From assembly GCF_025526975.1 (NCBI RefSeq), contig NW_026515694.1, positions 124,001 to 188,000 on the forward strand: a DNA stretch of 64,000 bases, in the 5' to 3' direction. Shown here one piece after another: positions 1-14,873 of this stretch. Made by a program: the position numbers and the translations under genes. The DNA comes from Fimicolochytrium jonesii (lineage: Eukaryota). Numbering within the stretch: position 1 is the stretch's first letter; every line of letters begins with the position of its first letter. A model generated the notes under the pieces. The model did no database searches, was not told the DNA's origin, and saw only the letters and a program-made list of their open reading frames with translations.

Positions 1-296
1 ACCTGGCAATATAGGCGATTGCGGACTATCCTGAAACAAATGCCGTTTTGGTGAGGAGGCATGGCGTCTATGTCTGGGGAGAGAACTGGCAAAAGGGTAA
101 GTGGCATCGCACATGGCGTTCCGCAATGCTGAGTCCTGTATGCAGCGATAACCTCAAACATTTCTCGTCAGCCAAATCCATGACCGAATGCTACGACTAC
201 CTGTTTGAGATTGCTGTGAAGATGAAGAGCGTAGGGCTGGACCCAACCCAAGTCCCAGATGATAGCGAATACCGTGACGTTTGCCAGCAGCATTAG
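1..296 (+). CDS. MDE1: 3' part of methylthioribulose-1-phosphate dehydratase (APIP/MtnB, class II aldolase family); 5' end lies outside the window
   Basis: [18 protein letters not shown], intron 98-170 (GTAAGT..TCAG), then [25 protein letters not shown]; matches the MtnB/APIP C-terminus. Confidence 0.9.
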
Positions 297-618
297 ATCT
301 TAGATTGTAGAATTCTCGCCTGAGGTCGAAAACAGCGTAGCAACCGAAACATACGAAGTCATATACGGCCTCGGTACGCCGCGCTTTGTCGCAGTCCTTC
401 AAAAACGGGTATTATGGCGCTCATATCACAATCGCTCTTGAAAGCTCCATTCGACTACGCTTTCCGCTGATCAACAGAGCCAGCCAGCTCGTATTACAGT
501 TCATGAACCAATGTTCTTATTCAAATGCAGTAGGGTGATGATTGTCACAGTGTGCATATGTACAAGGACTTCCGGGCTATATATGACTATCCCTGGAAGC
601 TGCGGTAATCTCCGAAAG

Positions 619-1484
619 TTAAAGGAACCATGAGAATGCCTCCTTGAAGGCCTTCTCCGCATCCGTCTCAACGATCGTGCCGTGGCATGGGACTGTTGGA
701 GGTATAAGCAAGCAAAATCAGGGATCTGATTCAAGAGGAATGAGCCCTTAGATCGGGATCACTTACTAATGCGATCAAATTTCCAGTTGTCAAGAACATG
801 CTTGACATCGCTCTTCATCTGCTCGGTATCCGCGTTCATCAGGTAGCGGTTGAAGAGCTTATGCGCCCCCGCGTCTGGTTTCAAGAACAGCTGCATGGCG
901 CCATTGAAGATATCACCGGCAGTCCCGCTTGGCCCACCTTGCTCCTTCGGAAGCGGGAAATTGATCATCAAATCGGCAGTAAGGAGCGTCTTTGATGGGC
1001 GGTGCAAGTAAAGCGTGTCCTGGTTGCGTTGTCCGCTGAAATGGCGATAGCTGATCTCGTCTTCAAATCCGATGCGCTTTGGCGGGACAGCCGGTGCCGG
1101 GTTGGCGGCATCAATGGGTTTCACGCCCTCTACGATGACATCGAACTTGACATCATCCCTCTTTTCTTGAAGACCCGGAACACCGATGAGCACAGCGTCG
1201 GGCCACTTTTGCTTGTACTCTGCGGCATGGAGATGGTGGACGATGTTGGGGCACACGACGTATTTGACCTTGCCGAGTTTCTCCAGTTCGGCGAGTGTGG
1301 TCGTCCCGTTCGCATCGGTCGTGTCGCCGAGCGGCGTGGGTGAGACGACGAACAAGTCGCCGTTTTGCAGACGCACGGCGGTCATGCGCATGCCGACCGG
1401 CATGACCCCGCGGGTGACGAAGGATTTGGAGAACGTTGTGACGGCGTTGTCCAAGTGCCGGACGGTGGTGGTTTGGGTCGACAT
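619..1484 (-). CDS. DUF4336-type metallo-beta-lactamase-like protein (2 exons)
   Basis: GMRMTAVRLQNGDLFVVSP, VVCPNIVHHLH, LHRPSKTLLTADL; a short intron near 765 joins WKFDRI to IPCHGTIVETDAEKAFKEAFSWFL*. Confidence 0.75.
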
Positions 1485-2876
1485 GGTGGTTGAGAGCTTC
1501 TCGTATTCGAGGGTAATATCGAAGCGCTGTAAGGCGTACAGGTATGTGCAAGCAGGATGACGTTCAGGGTATGAAGAGAACAGGGCAATGCTTTGATATG
1601 TACAGGCTGTGAAAGGAGGGTAAGATGATCTCGATGGGTGCTTCGGAAAAAATTGCGAGAGGGTGAAACTCTGGGAGACTTTCTATGATGTCAACAGTGT
1701 CAACGCGTAAAACGGGTGGTATGTTCGTAACAGGTAAACAGCAATGATATATCTGAGGCTACAGTATTCCGGCCTTAGTGAAGTGATTTCTGAACGACAG
1801 CCCCCCAGAGCACTGCGGAAACAGCCATACGAAACTCAAGATGCCAGTAGCAAAAGCACACCTCGAAGAGGCTATCAAGTCCAAGCTGGAAGCCGAGCAC
1901 GTTGTAAGTCTCTGACGTGTAATTGCCGCATTTATTGCCTTTGCACTCTCGCTAAACCGTACCTTTCCCACCTTAGGACGTGATCGACACATCAAACGGC
2001 TGTGGGCAGTCTTTTGAGGTAGTGATTGTTTCGAAGCTGTTTGAGGGGAAGCCGACATTACAAAGACATAGGTGGGTTCTCAAACGAAGATGGTTTCGAG
2101 AAGCACTTGGGACGGACGAGTCGTAAAGGGGAGGTCGACCGGTTGGGTGTGCGGGCTGGAGCGGGAGGTTTAACAGGCGAGAGTGCATCATCACTCTAAA
2201 CCTCGCCGACGTTTCATAGATTGGTGAATGAGGCCCTGAAAGATGAGATAGCACAGATCCACGCCTTCACTCAGGTAAGGGCTTCTTCGCGGGGGACAAT
2301 TGGAAAGGTGCTTGCATCTGACATCCGTGGATTGCCGCAGAAAACGTATACCCCCGAACAATATGCAAGTTTAAAGAAATAGATTCCCGTCGATGCGATT
2401 ACTGACCTCTACGGTGTAAGAATGGCAGCAAAGCCTTTCGGAACGAGCACTGGCGTAGAAGGAGGGGAAATGGGCGCGGACGACCGGGGCAGTTGGATTT
2501 AGCGTTAGATCTGTTCTTGTTGAACATGCGGTTTGCTGGCGTCGAAAGCCATTTTGGGAGTGGTGACAGTGGACGGACGTCCTCCTGCCACATGGGAAAG
2601 TTCCAAACAATCCGCCTCCTCCCTATTCTCTTGCCAATCCATCATGTTTCTTAATCTCCATGCTCCTCAACCGCTACATCTCTCGCGCAAAAGTTTGTTC
2701 GGAAAAATCATGCCAGTGGTATTGGGATCGAAAGAGATATGGTGGAGAACAAGAAAGAGCCAACTGGAATGGATGGCTGTAAGGTCCATTTCGGTCCAAT
2801 CTGCATCCTCCTGCTGCCCATTCCAAAATGTTCTCGATACGTTAGGGTTGCTGTCCGGGTTTGGGGTTGGGGATGT

Positions 2877-4124
2877 TTATCCGACAATGATCTTGCCGTC
2901 GGCGTCGTTGAGTTCGTATGCGGGGATTTCCAAGTTAAGAGGCGCGGGTCCCTTCCTGTTCATGGGAGGGGAAGTGAGTATCTGCAAGGCAACACACGAT
3001 CAACGTCCGCGAGTGCCAGCATCAACGTACCTGATACGGCCACTGATGTCGTAGTGGGATCCGTGGCAAGGGCAGAACCAGCCTCCGTATTCACCAGCTA
3101 GGGAACAAATTGAAAATGAGGACTCCATCCGTTCGTGGAACAAAAGGGCAGCCTCACATACCCTCTCCGATCGGAACGCACCCGAGATGTGTGCATCTAA
3201 AAACGGGAATTAAACTTAGTTAAATTCGTTTTTAGAGAACTTCCTCGCTACCTTGCGAAACTCACACGCCGAGCATGACAAGCCATTCGGGGTTCTTCGT
3301 CCTTTCAGCATCTGTTTCGGGGTCGCGAAGTTCGGCGACATTCACGGCGTTGGCTTCTGCGATTTCCTCAGCGGTACGGTGACGAACGAAGACGGGCTTT
3401 CCACGCCACTACAAGATGCACGATATCGTTCAGTGCCTTCTCCCACGGCTACAATATGGGAAGAAATGTGCCATACCTTGATGACAACGTTCTTTCCTTC
3501 GGGGATGGAAGCCATATCAAGCTCAACCTTGGCCAAAGCCAAGACATCCGCGGACGCAGCCATGTGCACAAGGTAATCTGTCACGATGTTCTTGGCCATG
3601 ACAGCACCGACGAAGGAGTAAGCACCGATCATGAAGTAGGCGTAGTTGCGAGATGAGTACTCGTTGTAGTTCTTGACTTTGTAGGCATCCTGTTCGCGTG
3701 GGGGGACAGTGACGTCTGCGGAGTACTGCACTTGCTTCACCGGGGAGGCGTAGTACCGCTTCTGGCTGAGGAAGTTGGGGCCGGCTGTTTCCGTCGTTCA
3801 ATTTGAACGACGTATCGTCAGTCAGTGTCTGTCCCATATCACGCCGTAGTCTCCCAGACTCTTTCCGTACTCCTCCTCCCTCCACATCTCTACAGATGAC
3901 CAGCAGATAAACTAGCCGCCCGAGAGCAGTTTCTTACCGGTGTAGTGGGTCTTGGAAGACAGTTGAGCACCGTTGATGGTGGCAAGGACTGGCCTGGCGA
4001 CGTATGGCACAGAGGCCTTCGATGCCTTAGCGGGCGAAGCCGTAAGGCTACGGGGTGTGCCAACGATGGGCTTCGCCCAGAAAGTGCGGGAAGCAGCGAG
4101 TGCCGGGGAAACCTTTGATGCCAT
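2877..4124 (-). CDS. RIP1: Rieske iron-sulfur subunit of cytochrome bc1 (multi-exon)
   Basis: Mitochondrial-presequence-like N-terminus, [20 protein letters not shown] (~3178-3196), CPCHGSHYD (~3048-3075), GPAPLNL. Confidence 0.96.
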
Positions 4125-5421
4125 GGTGCTCGCTATGTACGAAAAAGAACGTGGGGATTGGATTCAAGAGGGAGTTAGCTGGATTCCGAACCTTCGGCAG
4201 ATTTGCATGCGAAAGCTCCGACGTTGCCAACTCGCTCTTCGGCACGATCCACCGGTTTGTCGTCCACTATATCAGTCCTGATGCCGCCGTTTCCGGGATC
4301 GACACTCACCTTCTCGTTCTGTGAGTATGAAGACGACGTTTGGGCCTCGTAATGCGCTATGTAAAATCCGCCCAGGTTGCGTCGCTTTTGTCCGCCCTCC
4401 CGACTTCCACCGAAAGAGCGTTGCCACAAGCTAAAGTAAGTCATCGGCCTGAAAACATATGGAACGGGGCGTAAGGGAAATCCATCACTTCCTTTGTATC
4501 AGGCGGGCCATCTTCATCACGTGATTCCTCATTAACGGTGAGCTTCCCTCGAAGCAACCTCAAAAGCCCTCACTCCAACTTCCCACGCAGCTCCAACGAC
4601 TCCATCCCCAGCCCACCGACGTTCAGATTTACAAGGTTGACGATGACATGGAAAGCCATCGTACCAGGCATGCATGAGATTGTTGAGCGAGGGAACGATC
4701 TCCTACCAAAATTACTCGGCATTTATATTCTCTGGAGATCTTCACCGGCCCCTCTCTCGTATTGCTCTACTCTTGGATGGGCTCTTTTTTGCGGGCGTTT
4801 CATGGCGTTACTGAACGCAGGTCCTGATACCGTGATTCAAGGGCGTCGACGTTGCAAGCCTGGCAATATCGAGTGTAGCAAGCCTGGTGAACCTCGAGAG
4901 GCTAAAGCAAAATCCAACTCCCATGACCTGCCCCGCCCCCGGAGCAGATGAAACTGAGACGGCCTGAACGACAAGTGTGCATCTTCGTTTTATATGCGGT
5001 TCCGGAGATTCCTTTACTGTTGAAGGTTACTATTTACCTACGGCTAGGTTGCCTTTCCTTTGACTCGCCCGCTTGACTCGCAATGGGTTCATGAAAGTTT
5101 GATGCAGCTCTGGAGGCAAACCCATACCGTACAGCAGTAGGGAATCCCGCAATTTTTGTCGATGGCAGAATCCTGTTGGGCCGTTTTTTTGAATTGGTGA
5201 TCCGCCTTGATGTCTCCTTGGGAAGTTGGGAGTGTGTGGGAGCTGCCGCTGCTGTGATTTTTTGAGCGCGTTTTTTGCTGCGCTCCCCCCGATAAGCTCT
5301 CTGGACCGCTTCAGCTCGCTCAAGTTCATATAAAAAGAGGCTGCAGCGGCATCTCTTTCCTCCCTCCCCGACAATCCCCTCTTGCAATCGCCAAACTTCT
5401 CGCGCAGGCACTCCACTCACA

Positions 5422-7119
<1,698 letters not shown>

Positions 7120-7482
7120 GCGACATTGGAGACTCTGGTTGTTTGACCTTATATATAGGAGCGCGTGTGGGGACGTCCTTGAGGTTCTATAGGACACATA
7201 TGCATGCCGGCCATGAACTTGGGTAATTAGACTTCGCCCGGGACAAAAACTACCTTTTGGATTTCCATGTATAAGGATTTTCCTTCTGTCCTTTCATTGA
7301 CTTCTTGATAATTATATAAACTTTATTGTAAACAATTGCCAACGAAACCTCTTCTCAGGACGGTGGGATATCTTACTAGGTACACCCAAAAAAAAGAATA
7401 CTTTGTGCCCAAATTGTTACGCTGAGGTCAAATGGTCTCAGGCTAGCTGCTCAAATTTACTGCTCACAGTCTCCAAAACGAT

Positions 7483-9652
7483 TTATTGAGTGGCAGTAAC
7501 CCTCGCCGAACCTGTCGCCGAAGGCCGCGGGAGTTGATTGGCCCGACTCGAGCTTCTGGTAGGAGCAGGGTCAAGAGCTGTGGCAGCAGCGTTGGCGGCA
7601 TCATCCATCGCTCGACGCCCGGTCAAACCTGCCATCGCACCGCTTCCACTCGGGCCTGCGGCAGATGAAAACGACGGTCCCGCTGCTTGCGATGACGACG
7701 ACGCACCACCGCCGGCGACGGTGGTCTTCCCACCCGTCAGTCCACCGCTCCTCGAACCACTGCTTGACCCTGCACCGCTAGCACCCGCATGCGATCCGTG
7801 ACGATGGTGATGATGCGAACGTTTCTTGTCGTCCTTTTTTGCTTCTTCACTTTCTTCCTGGTGCATGGAGAACACCTTGTGCAAGATGCCGACAAAGTCG
7901 CGCGCTTGCGGACCGGACTGCAGATCGTCTGCCACTCGGCAGATGTCGCGGAAGAGCGGCTGGACGGCGGCTTTTGTGGCTGCGGCGGGTGGAGGTGTGG
8001 AAGTTGTGGGAAGCTTGTGCAGCGGAAGGTCCGATGTTTGAGTACCGTGAGATATCTTGAAGTCGGTCTGGGTTGCGGAGTCCGCCAACGGCGACGCGTT
8101 TTGAGACGCTCCGGTGCCGTCGCGTCCGGCGTGAGACTCCTTTCCTTCGGCCTGCGCAACATGGCCGGCCTCACCGCCCATCGTCAATTGCGAGCTGCCG
8201 GCACTCAGGGCCCTCAATGGCCCGTCCCGTCCTTCCGCGGCCGACGATATTTGCACCTCGACAACGTCCTTCTCTCCCCCGGCATCATCGTGCCCGGCGT
8301 CCGAGTCAGCGAGCATCTTCTCTAGAAGCGACAGTTGCTCCTCTCCAAGCATCCTCAATTCTTTCTGTATCTGCTGTAGGAGAGGGACTTTGTTTTTGAA
8401 CCAGCGAAGCCCGCGGTCGGGATCGGTTATATTCACGCAATCGGGCATGTGATGCAGGGCGGAGACGATACAGAGACGCGGCACAGCAAAGATGACAACG
8501 GGATCGAATGTATGTACCTGCGGCCAAGTAATGTAGCCGCAATGTACCGCGCGGATGATGGTCTCGGACATCAAAACCTAATTCCGGGATGGCCAAAATA
8601 GAATCAGACTTCGAGGTTCACAGTTTCAGTATGATGGCCCACAGATCTCCGACATACCTGGAACATGTCCAACTCCTCCGCTCGTCCCGCGCGTCCCCCG
8701 TAAGTCACCGAAAAGTAGCAGAAGCATATCTTCTGCTCAAATAGCGTCCACGCCGTATCAAATTCCTTCATAACGGGGTACAAATCAAAATACGGCGGGC
8801 TAGAACACGCCAATGCCCGTCTTGTAAATGCCGCTCGCAACATCTCTATTGCAGAATGTAACTGTCGGGCTGGCTCATACAGCTCCGCCGTATACTCCTC
8901 GATCCCCCGAATGCGGAATCCGCGGCTCAATGCCTGGGCGGCAAAGAGGATATTCTCGGAGAACCCACCCTCGAGCTCGCGTTGATCATCCGCGGGCAGT
9001 TGGCGACGGTATTGACGAGACGCTTTCATGTCTTCGTCCATGTCGGTGTAGATTAGGTAAATTGTCTCCAGAAGGAGAGACTGGGCGCGGTGGACGCGCT
9101 CGTTTCGGCGTTTGAAGCTCTCCGAATCTATGTCGCGGACTTTCTGCAGGCCTGCAACGGCCTTTGCGAGGTGTTTGTCTGTGTGATAAAAGGAGCGTCA
9201 AAACCCGAGAATCGCGAACCACTATTCAGGTTGACTGACTTACCTGCAAACCAAAACAAACTAATCGGCTGGGTCTCATTCAATCGTGGCGGCAAATCCT
9301 GTTCGCGCGGTTGCCATTCTTGAAATTGAAAGATCTGGGCAACTGTGTAGCCGTTTTGTGGCGTAGGGGGCCGAGGAGTCTGTGCCGGCTGTGCAGGCTG
9401 TGAAGCCGTCTGCCTATTCGGCTGCGACGTTCCTGTTGATGCAGAGCTTCCGGGTCGGTTTGACGTACCGGTCATTCCCTGTGAGCCAGCGCCGATAGTG
9501 GCTGTAGGAGTGGCATTGCTACTCCTCGTTGACGATGCGGGTGATGACCGTGCCGCCGGTTGCTGCATCGAACGCGGGAATGTATGGTGACTGATTTGCG
9601 GAGCCGATATGTTTTGCAGCACTGTCGCGCCGGATGGAGTTGTAGCGTACAT
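7483..9652 (-). CDS. Lateral signaling target 2 (LST2/ZFYVE28) N-terminal-domain-like protein; start codon uncertain
   Basis: ENILFAAQALSRGFRIRG..., EFDTAWTLFEQ and FDPVVIFAVPRLCIV resemble conserved LST2 blocks; spliced ORFs 9128-9856, 8604-9041 and 7483-8574. Confidence 0.65.
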
Positions 9653-10504
9653 AGCTAAGAGGGCTCTTGGAGTTGTGTAGGTATTTATGACGGACGTGGC
9701 AGGCAGAATCTGAGCGAGATTGTCCCTCGAGCTAAGGAAAACGCTTTCGGGAACAGAAGCTGCGATTCCCGCTAGATTTTCGAGAAAAGCCAGATATTGT
9801 TCAGCCTGCCTGATATAACGTGTCCTCGTTGGCGAAAACACCAGGCGGCCAAACACGACCCTGTTTACGCTTAATCACCGTTCCTTTGCGGAAAACCGTC
9901 TCCCGCGAGCTTATAAACGTCGGCCATTTTTGAGGAACTCTAGATCTAAGCTGTCACTCGGTTCCGTCCTGGAACCCCTTCTGGGAAGAATGAGGATTCT
10001 GATTCGCGTGACGGCTTGACGTAACGCGTTTTAATTAACAAATGACGGCAAGCAGGTCTCGTAAACTCGACAGCGCGTTCAAGTGCACCGTCATCCTTGC
10101 ATGAGAACACTCAGATTGTGGAGAGCCTCCGCTTTTCCTGGGCGCCTGCCAAACGCGCTGATCCCACTCCCAGAGGGGCATGGACCCTTCGGCAAAATGT
10201 GGGGAGCCCGTGTGACTGCCAGTGACAGTGGGACACTCATGGCTAACGAGGAAGCTCGTTTTGGGTTTTCCCTGGCATCAGATTATCGTTTTCTTCGTTC
10301 GGCATTGCAAGAATTTGCTTTCCATATTGCGGTCACTCTTTGTCACCAAAGTTACCTGTGCATGGGGCTGCTGAAAGGTAGGCTTCTCTGAGAAGGCGAG
10401 GAGCAACATGTATGAAGAGCCCCAGAAACCGAGCTCCACTTGCCAACATTTTGGGGAACACTCGGCTTGTGCCGCGAGTCATTCACTCCACTTTCTAACT
10501 AATC

Positions 10505-11824
10505 ATGACCACTGAATGGCGCATCCCACGTTCTCGTATCCTAGGGATAATGAATCGAATCCTCCGTCCACGGAAGCGCACTCGCCCCGAAACGACCTCG
10601 GAGACAAAAGCGGGAACACCGACGACCAGCAAGGAGGGAACGGTGGCTACCCCGGCTGCAACAAGGAGGACTTCAAAGAGAAGCAAGACAGGCGTTAGTG
10701 ACGACGCTTCGGTGCCGGTGACGATACCTTCAAAAGAAGAGGTTCTGGCTGTTGCTGAAACTGTCATAACTACTCCAGCACCAAAACGAAGGGCTTCCAC
10801 AAGAAGGAGAACAGCCGCCTCCGCCGGTGAGGACGCCCATCTGGTTGAAAACCCCAAAGAAGAGGAATCTGCTGTCGCTGAAACCGTCGAAGCTACCGCA
10901 GCACCAAAACGTAAAGGCTCTAAGAAACGCGAAACATTTGCTGCCGCCAGTGAGGCCGCCCCATCGGTTGAAATTCCCAACGAAGTGAACCCTGCTGTCG
11001 CCGAAACCGTCGTAGCTGAAGCCCAACCTATGAAAAGGAAAGCCTCGAACGCATCACGGAAGAGCAAAGCCTCCACTTCGCGGAAATCGACATCCACCTC
11101 AAGAAAATCAACCATTTCACGCAAAAGCAAGTCCGAGATGGGTAGTGAGATCTCGAAACCAAAACCCCCCGTCGCCGAAGAAGCAGCTCCCAAAGTGGAG
11201 GAGGAAGAGGAAGAGAAATCGATGGATTTGGCCGTACTCCCACAACCAAGCTGGTCGACCCCCCATGCAACTCGAAGCCTCCAAAAAGATCTCCTTCGAA
11301 TTAGCAAACTGCAGGAAAGAACGACCGCCGAAGAACGCGGCTGGACAGTCGACCTCACAAACCTCGCCAACCTCTACCGCTGGCAAGTCCGCATCACCCA
11401 TTTTGACAAGAAGTTGCCCATCGCGAAAGACCTAAAGCAGAAAAGGCTCGCTGACGTCGGGATCGTTCTGGAGGTGCAGTTCGGGCCCGAACATCCCGCC
11501 ACGCCGCCGTACGTCCGCGTCCGTCGGCCTCGCTTGATGCAGTTCTGCAATGGCGGAGGTGGGCACGTGACTGCTGGTGGAAGTATCTGTGATGAGCTGC
11601 TGTCCGGCGATGGGTGGACCCCATCGATGCCCTTGGAAAACCTCTTTGTGATAACGAGGCTGGCTCTGAACTCAACGGAACCGAGACCGGCCAGGTTAGA
11701 TCCGCGGAGATGGAACATGGGTTACACAGCGCAAGAGGCAATGTCGGCATATATCAGAGTTGCCAGAGATCATGGATGGCGTGTTCCGACTGGTTGGCAG
11801 CAATGGTTCGCTATCGAATACTGA
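10505..11824 (+). CDS. UBE2Q-like ubiquitin-conjugating enzyme with a repetitive basic/acidic N-terminus; intronless
   Basis: NLYRWQV, FGPEHPATPPYVRV, GGHVTAGGSICDELL (catalytic Cys), GWTPSMPLE, YTAQEAMSAY..ARDHGW. Confidence 0.85.
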   Translation: MTTEWRIPRSRILGIMNRILRPRKRTRPETTSETKAGTPTTSKEGTVATPAATRRTSKRSKTGVSDDASVPVTIPSKEEVLAVAETVITTPAPKRRASTRRRTAASAGEDAHLVENPKEEESAVAETVEATAAPKRKGSKKRETFAAASEAAPSVEIPNEVNPAVAETVVAEAQPMKRKASNASRKSKASTSRKSTSTSRKSTISRKSKSEMGSEISKPKPPVAEEAAPKVEEEEEEKSMDLAVLPQPSWSTPHATRSLQKDLLRISKLQERTTAEERGWTVDLTNLANLYRWQVRITHFDKKLPIAKDLKQKRLADVGIVLEVQFGPEHPATPPYVRVRRPRLMQFCNGGGGHVTAGGSICDELLSGDGWTPSMPLENLFVITRLALNSTEPRPARLDPRRWNMGYTAQEAMSAYIRVARDHGWRVPTGWQQWFAIEY

Positions 11825-12406
11825 TGCTAGGGATGGACAAGCGGCCAATGTGAAGCAACGGAAAACTAAAATATTCGCTTACGAATAACTACATGAAGAC
11901 TGGAGAATGAAACAGTTCATGAAGAAGAGAAAGGAGCGGCGCACGAAAGGGAAGTGGTATGGTCTTCCCCACTTTTGAAGAGCAATCCGATATGTCCTTC
12001 GTGCGGAGTGTTTTGGTGTGAAAGTCATGCGTTACGGAGGAGAAACGTCGGTCACGTAGTTCAAAAAGGCGTACTTGACAGTGTGAGCTGTAACACCCAT
12101 CACTTGTATATACTGTGTGAGAAAAGTTCATAAGAACCGGCGTGCTTAACACTATTTGCGAGAGAGTCTCATCAATCGCCTGCTTTTGCGTCGGTCTCGA
12201 GTAGGTATCTAATCCTTGAGCATGTAGGTCATTTTCGTAATTACAATCGACCCATGCCAGCCGAGAACTTCGCTATCCAATACGGAGGGGGGGATTCAAA
12301 AGTCCGATACGCCGCAGTCTTTCCGACAGCAAATATACAAATGACGTAGCTTTCCGCCCACGGCAACCCCTCCTCCCACCCCCTGGTCCCTGAATGCCCG
12401 TAAAAA

Positions 12407-14710
12407 TTACGCCGTCACAGCGCCTGCCGCTCCAAGTCGGGTATAAACTTTAACCGTGCCATCTAGGAAAAGCAACCGGGTCAGCACAAATCAGTATACA
12501 AGGATCTCCATGCCCAATTCAGACCCCAAACACACCAAAAGACAAATAGAGAGACTCACCATCACTGCATGTAGCAATCCATTTACTCCTCCACCCAAGC
12601 ACCACATCCCTAACCTCCATACCGTCATGATCCCTCAGCACCGCCGTCACAGCACCCGACGCCATGTTGAAGACCACCACGGCGCCGTCATATGTTGGAG
12701 CGAGAATGTATCGGCCGTTCGAGGAGATTTTCGTCAACCACGAGTTTGACAGGTATCTATATAATGTCAGAGTGAGTAACCCCTCAGCCCGAGTTATGAT
12801 GAAAGATCACGAAGCCTTACTCGGCATGCTGATAGCGTTTCACTTCCTCGAGGCGGAACTCATCGTCCTTCGTGGTGGGGTAGACGATCTTATGTAATCT
12901 GACTGTGTTCGGCACCGTGTCTGTCAAGTCGGATAGCAATGTCGTGAGCACTTGAAGCCTGGAAGAAACAGATTGAGAAGGGCGGCGGTACTCACTGACG
13001 CCCGCCACGCCTCCTTCGACCTCGACCTCCTCCACGCCCCTCGTCACCGCATACGCAAACATTTCCTTGTTTCCGTCCCCATTCAAAACCTCGTTCCACG
13101 ACCTCGGCGGCGGTGGAAAGTCCAGCGCCTCGACGATCTTCACACAATCACAATAACAAGAATACAATTGTGGGAAAGTGTGTAGTTTCTGATTGAGTTC
13201 AAAGTCGAAGAGGTTGACGCCACCGTCGCAGGCCGCGAGGAAATATTTGTTGCCGCACTGCGGAAGGAACGTGACGTTGAAGGCCATACACGTTTCGCCG
13301 TCCTCCATGCGCGTGTATTCTTGGAGCCCGCTGTTGATAACCGTCGTGGCGTCAGCTTGGGGCCATCAATGACGCGAAGAATCATGTATGTACCTCCAAT
13401 CGCTTCCCATCTTCCATTTGATAATGTATCCATCTTGGCTTGTTGTTATAAAGTACTGTTCGCCCTTGAACTCAACATCTTTGATGCACAAGATTTCTTC
13501 TTCATGCCCGCTTAGGCGTTCAGTGACTTTCCCGGTCATCACGTCAAATATCTAAAGGACAGAGAACCTGAGCGCTGTTCAAGGCCGACGACGCATTCGC
13601 TACCACACGCACCTTGAGCGGACAAGGCAAGATGTGGTTATCATTATCCTCCTCACTCCATTTCAACGGGTCCTTGAGCTTTCCGCCAACCACGATCCGG
13701 TCCATATTTTCCGTGAATCTCCCACAATAGAACTCGTCGATGTTCTTTTCTTCTTCGTCTTTCAGCAGCTGGATCTGCGTCCATGTTTCGCAATCCCATA
13801 CTCTCACCGTTCCCAATGATGAGAAGGTGGCTAGCATGCGGCCATCAGGCGATTGAACCATACTGGTGATGTGCCCGTGGTCGCGGACATCAGCCGATGG
13901 ATGAAGTGTGAGAGGCTGTGCCTCATTGATGTGATCTATGAGGGTGAGCGATTCATTATCTGGACCCGGGAGACGCGTCCAGTAACCGTCTGGGAATGCA
14001 TCAGCGAGCGATGACATGATTTCCGGATCCGCAGAAGTCTTCAGCTAATGGGTGCCAAGGCTGGTAAGCTTCTGTGCGATCAAGCATTTCCCGGCTGGAA
14101 ATGCGACTCGTACCTGCTTGCCCTTTGGTGTCATCTTCTTGATAGCAGTCACGATGGTCTTCTTCTTCTTTCCTTTCTCAGGATCATCAATGTCTTCCGA
14201 TGCCCGTCTTTTCCCCCTCTCCAGAGGCTCCTTCGCCTTTCCTCTTTTCGCCGATGCCTTTGACGACGCCTTTGGTGTTTTCGCCGGAGTTTTCTTTCCC
14301 TTCGCTTTGCTCTTCACCGCAGGCTCGAAATCTGAGGACTGCGCCACGTCCTCCTCCTCCACATCTATCAATTCATCTTCAAGCATAGCGTCGTCGCTCC
14401 CGAAAATCGTTTCGTCATTCTCCTTGTCAACATCTGACTGGTCTTTCTTCGACTTTTCCTTATTGCTCGTGGTGGTATTTGCTTGGGCTGCTGTTTTTTG
14501 CTTTTTCGAAGGAGTTTCCAAGACAGCGGATGGGTTTCCTCCTTTCTCCGAGGGCAGTACACTACTTAAACTCAGCGTTTCTGATATGGGGTATGAGGGC
14601 TGTGCTAAACTGTAATTCGGGTCGCCTGGGTATATGAGTCCGAGTAGCTCGGTTTGAGTCTCGGCTTCGGCAAACTTGCGGATGGCCGAGTCGGGCAGAT
14701 TTTGCACCAT
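12407..14710 (-). CDS. WD40-repeat protein with a Lys/Glu-rich N-terminal region (multi-exon)
   Basis: SPDGRMLATFSSLGTVRVWD, SSNGRYILAPTYDGAVVVFN, WIATCSDDGTVKVY after splicing; ATG at 14710 (MVQNLPD). Confidence 0.8.
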
Positions 14711-14873
14711 ATTGCAACAGTGCCCAATGTATGTGCGTGCTATAAAGTACCTCTCTGCGCTATAAATATCTGTCACAGTCCGCGACGGTGTATCTAAGCT
14801 TGTATTTCTGGTTGACCAATGGACGACGATAAGTAGTTTTGGGCAGCGATAAAAACGAAGGGGAACCTGGGGG

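Noticed and set aside
1560..2850. Gene or ncRNA in the 1.3-kb gap between the DUF4336 gene and RIP1
   Set aside because: Only short ORFs with no recognisable motif, splice pattern or RNA structure.
10495..11370. Long antisense ORFs (here, 14052-14615, 26058-26750, 35130-35912 and similar)
   Set aside because: Shadow frames opposite well-supported genes.
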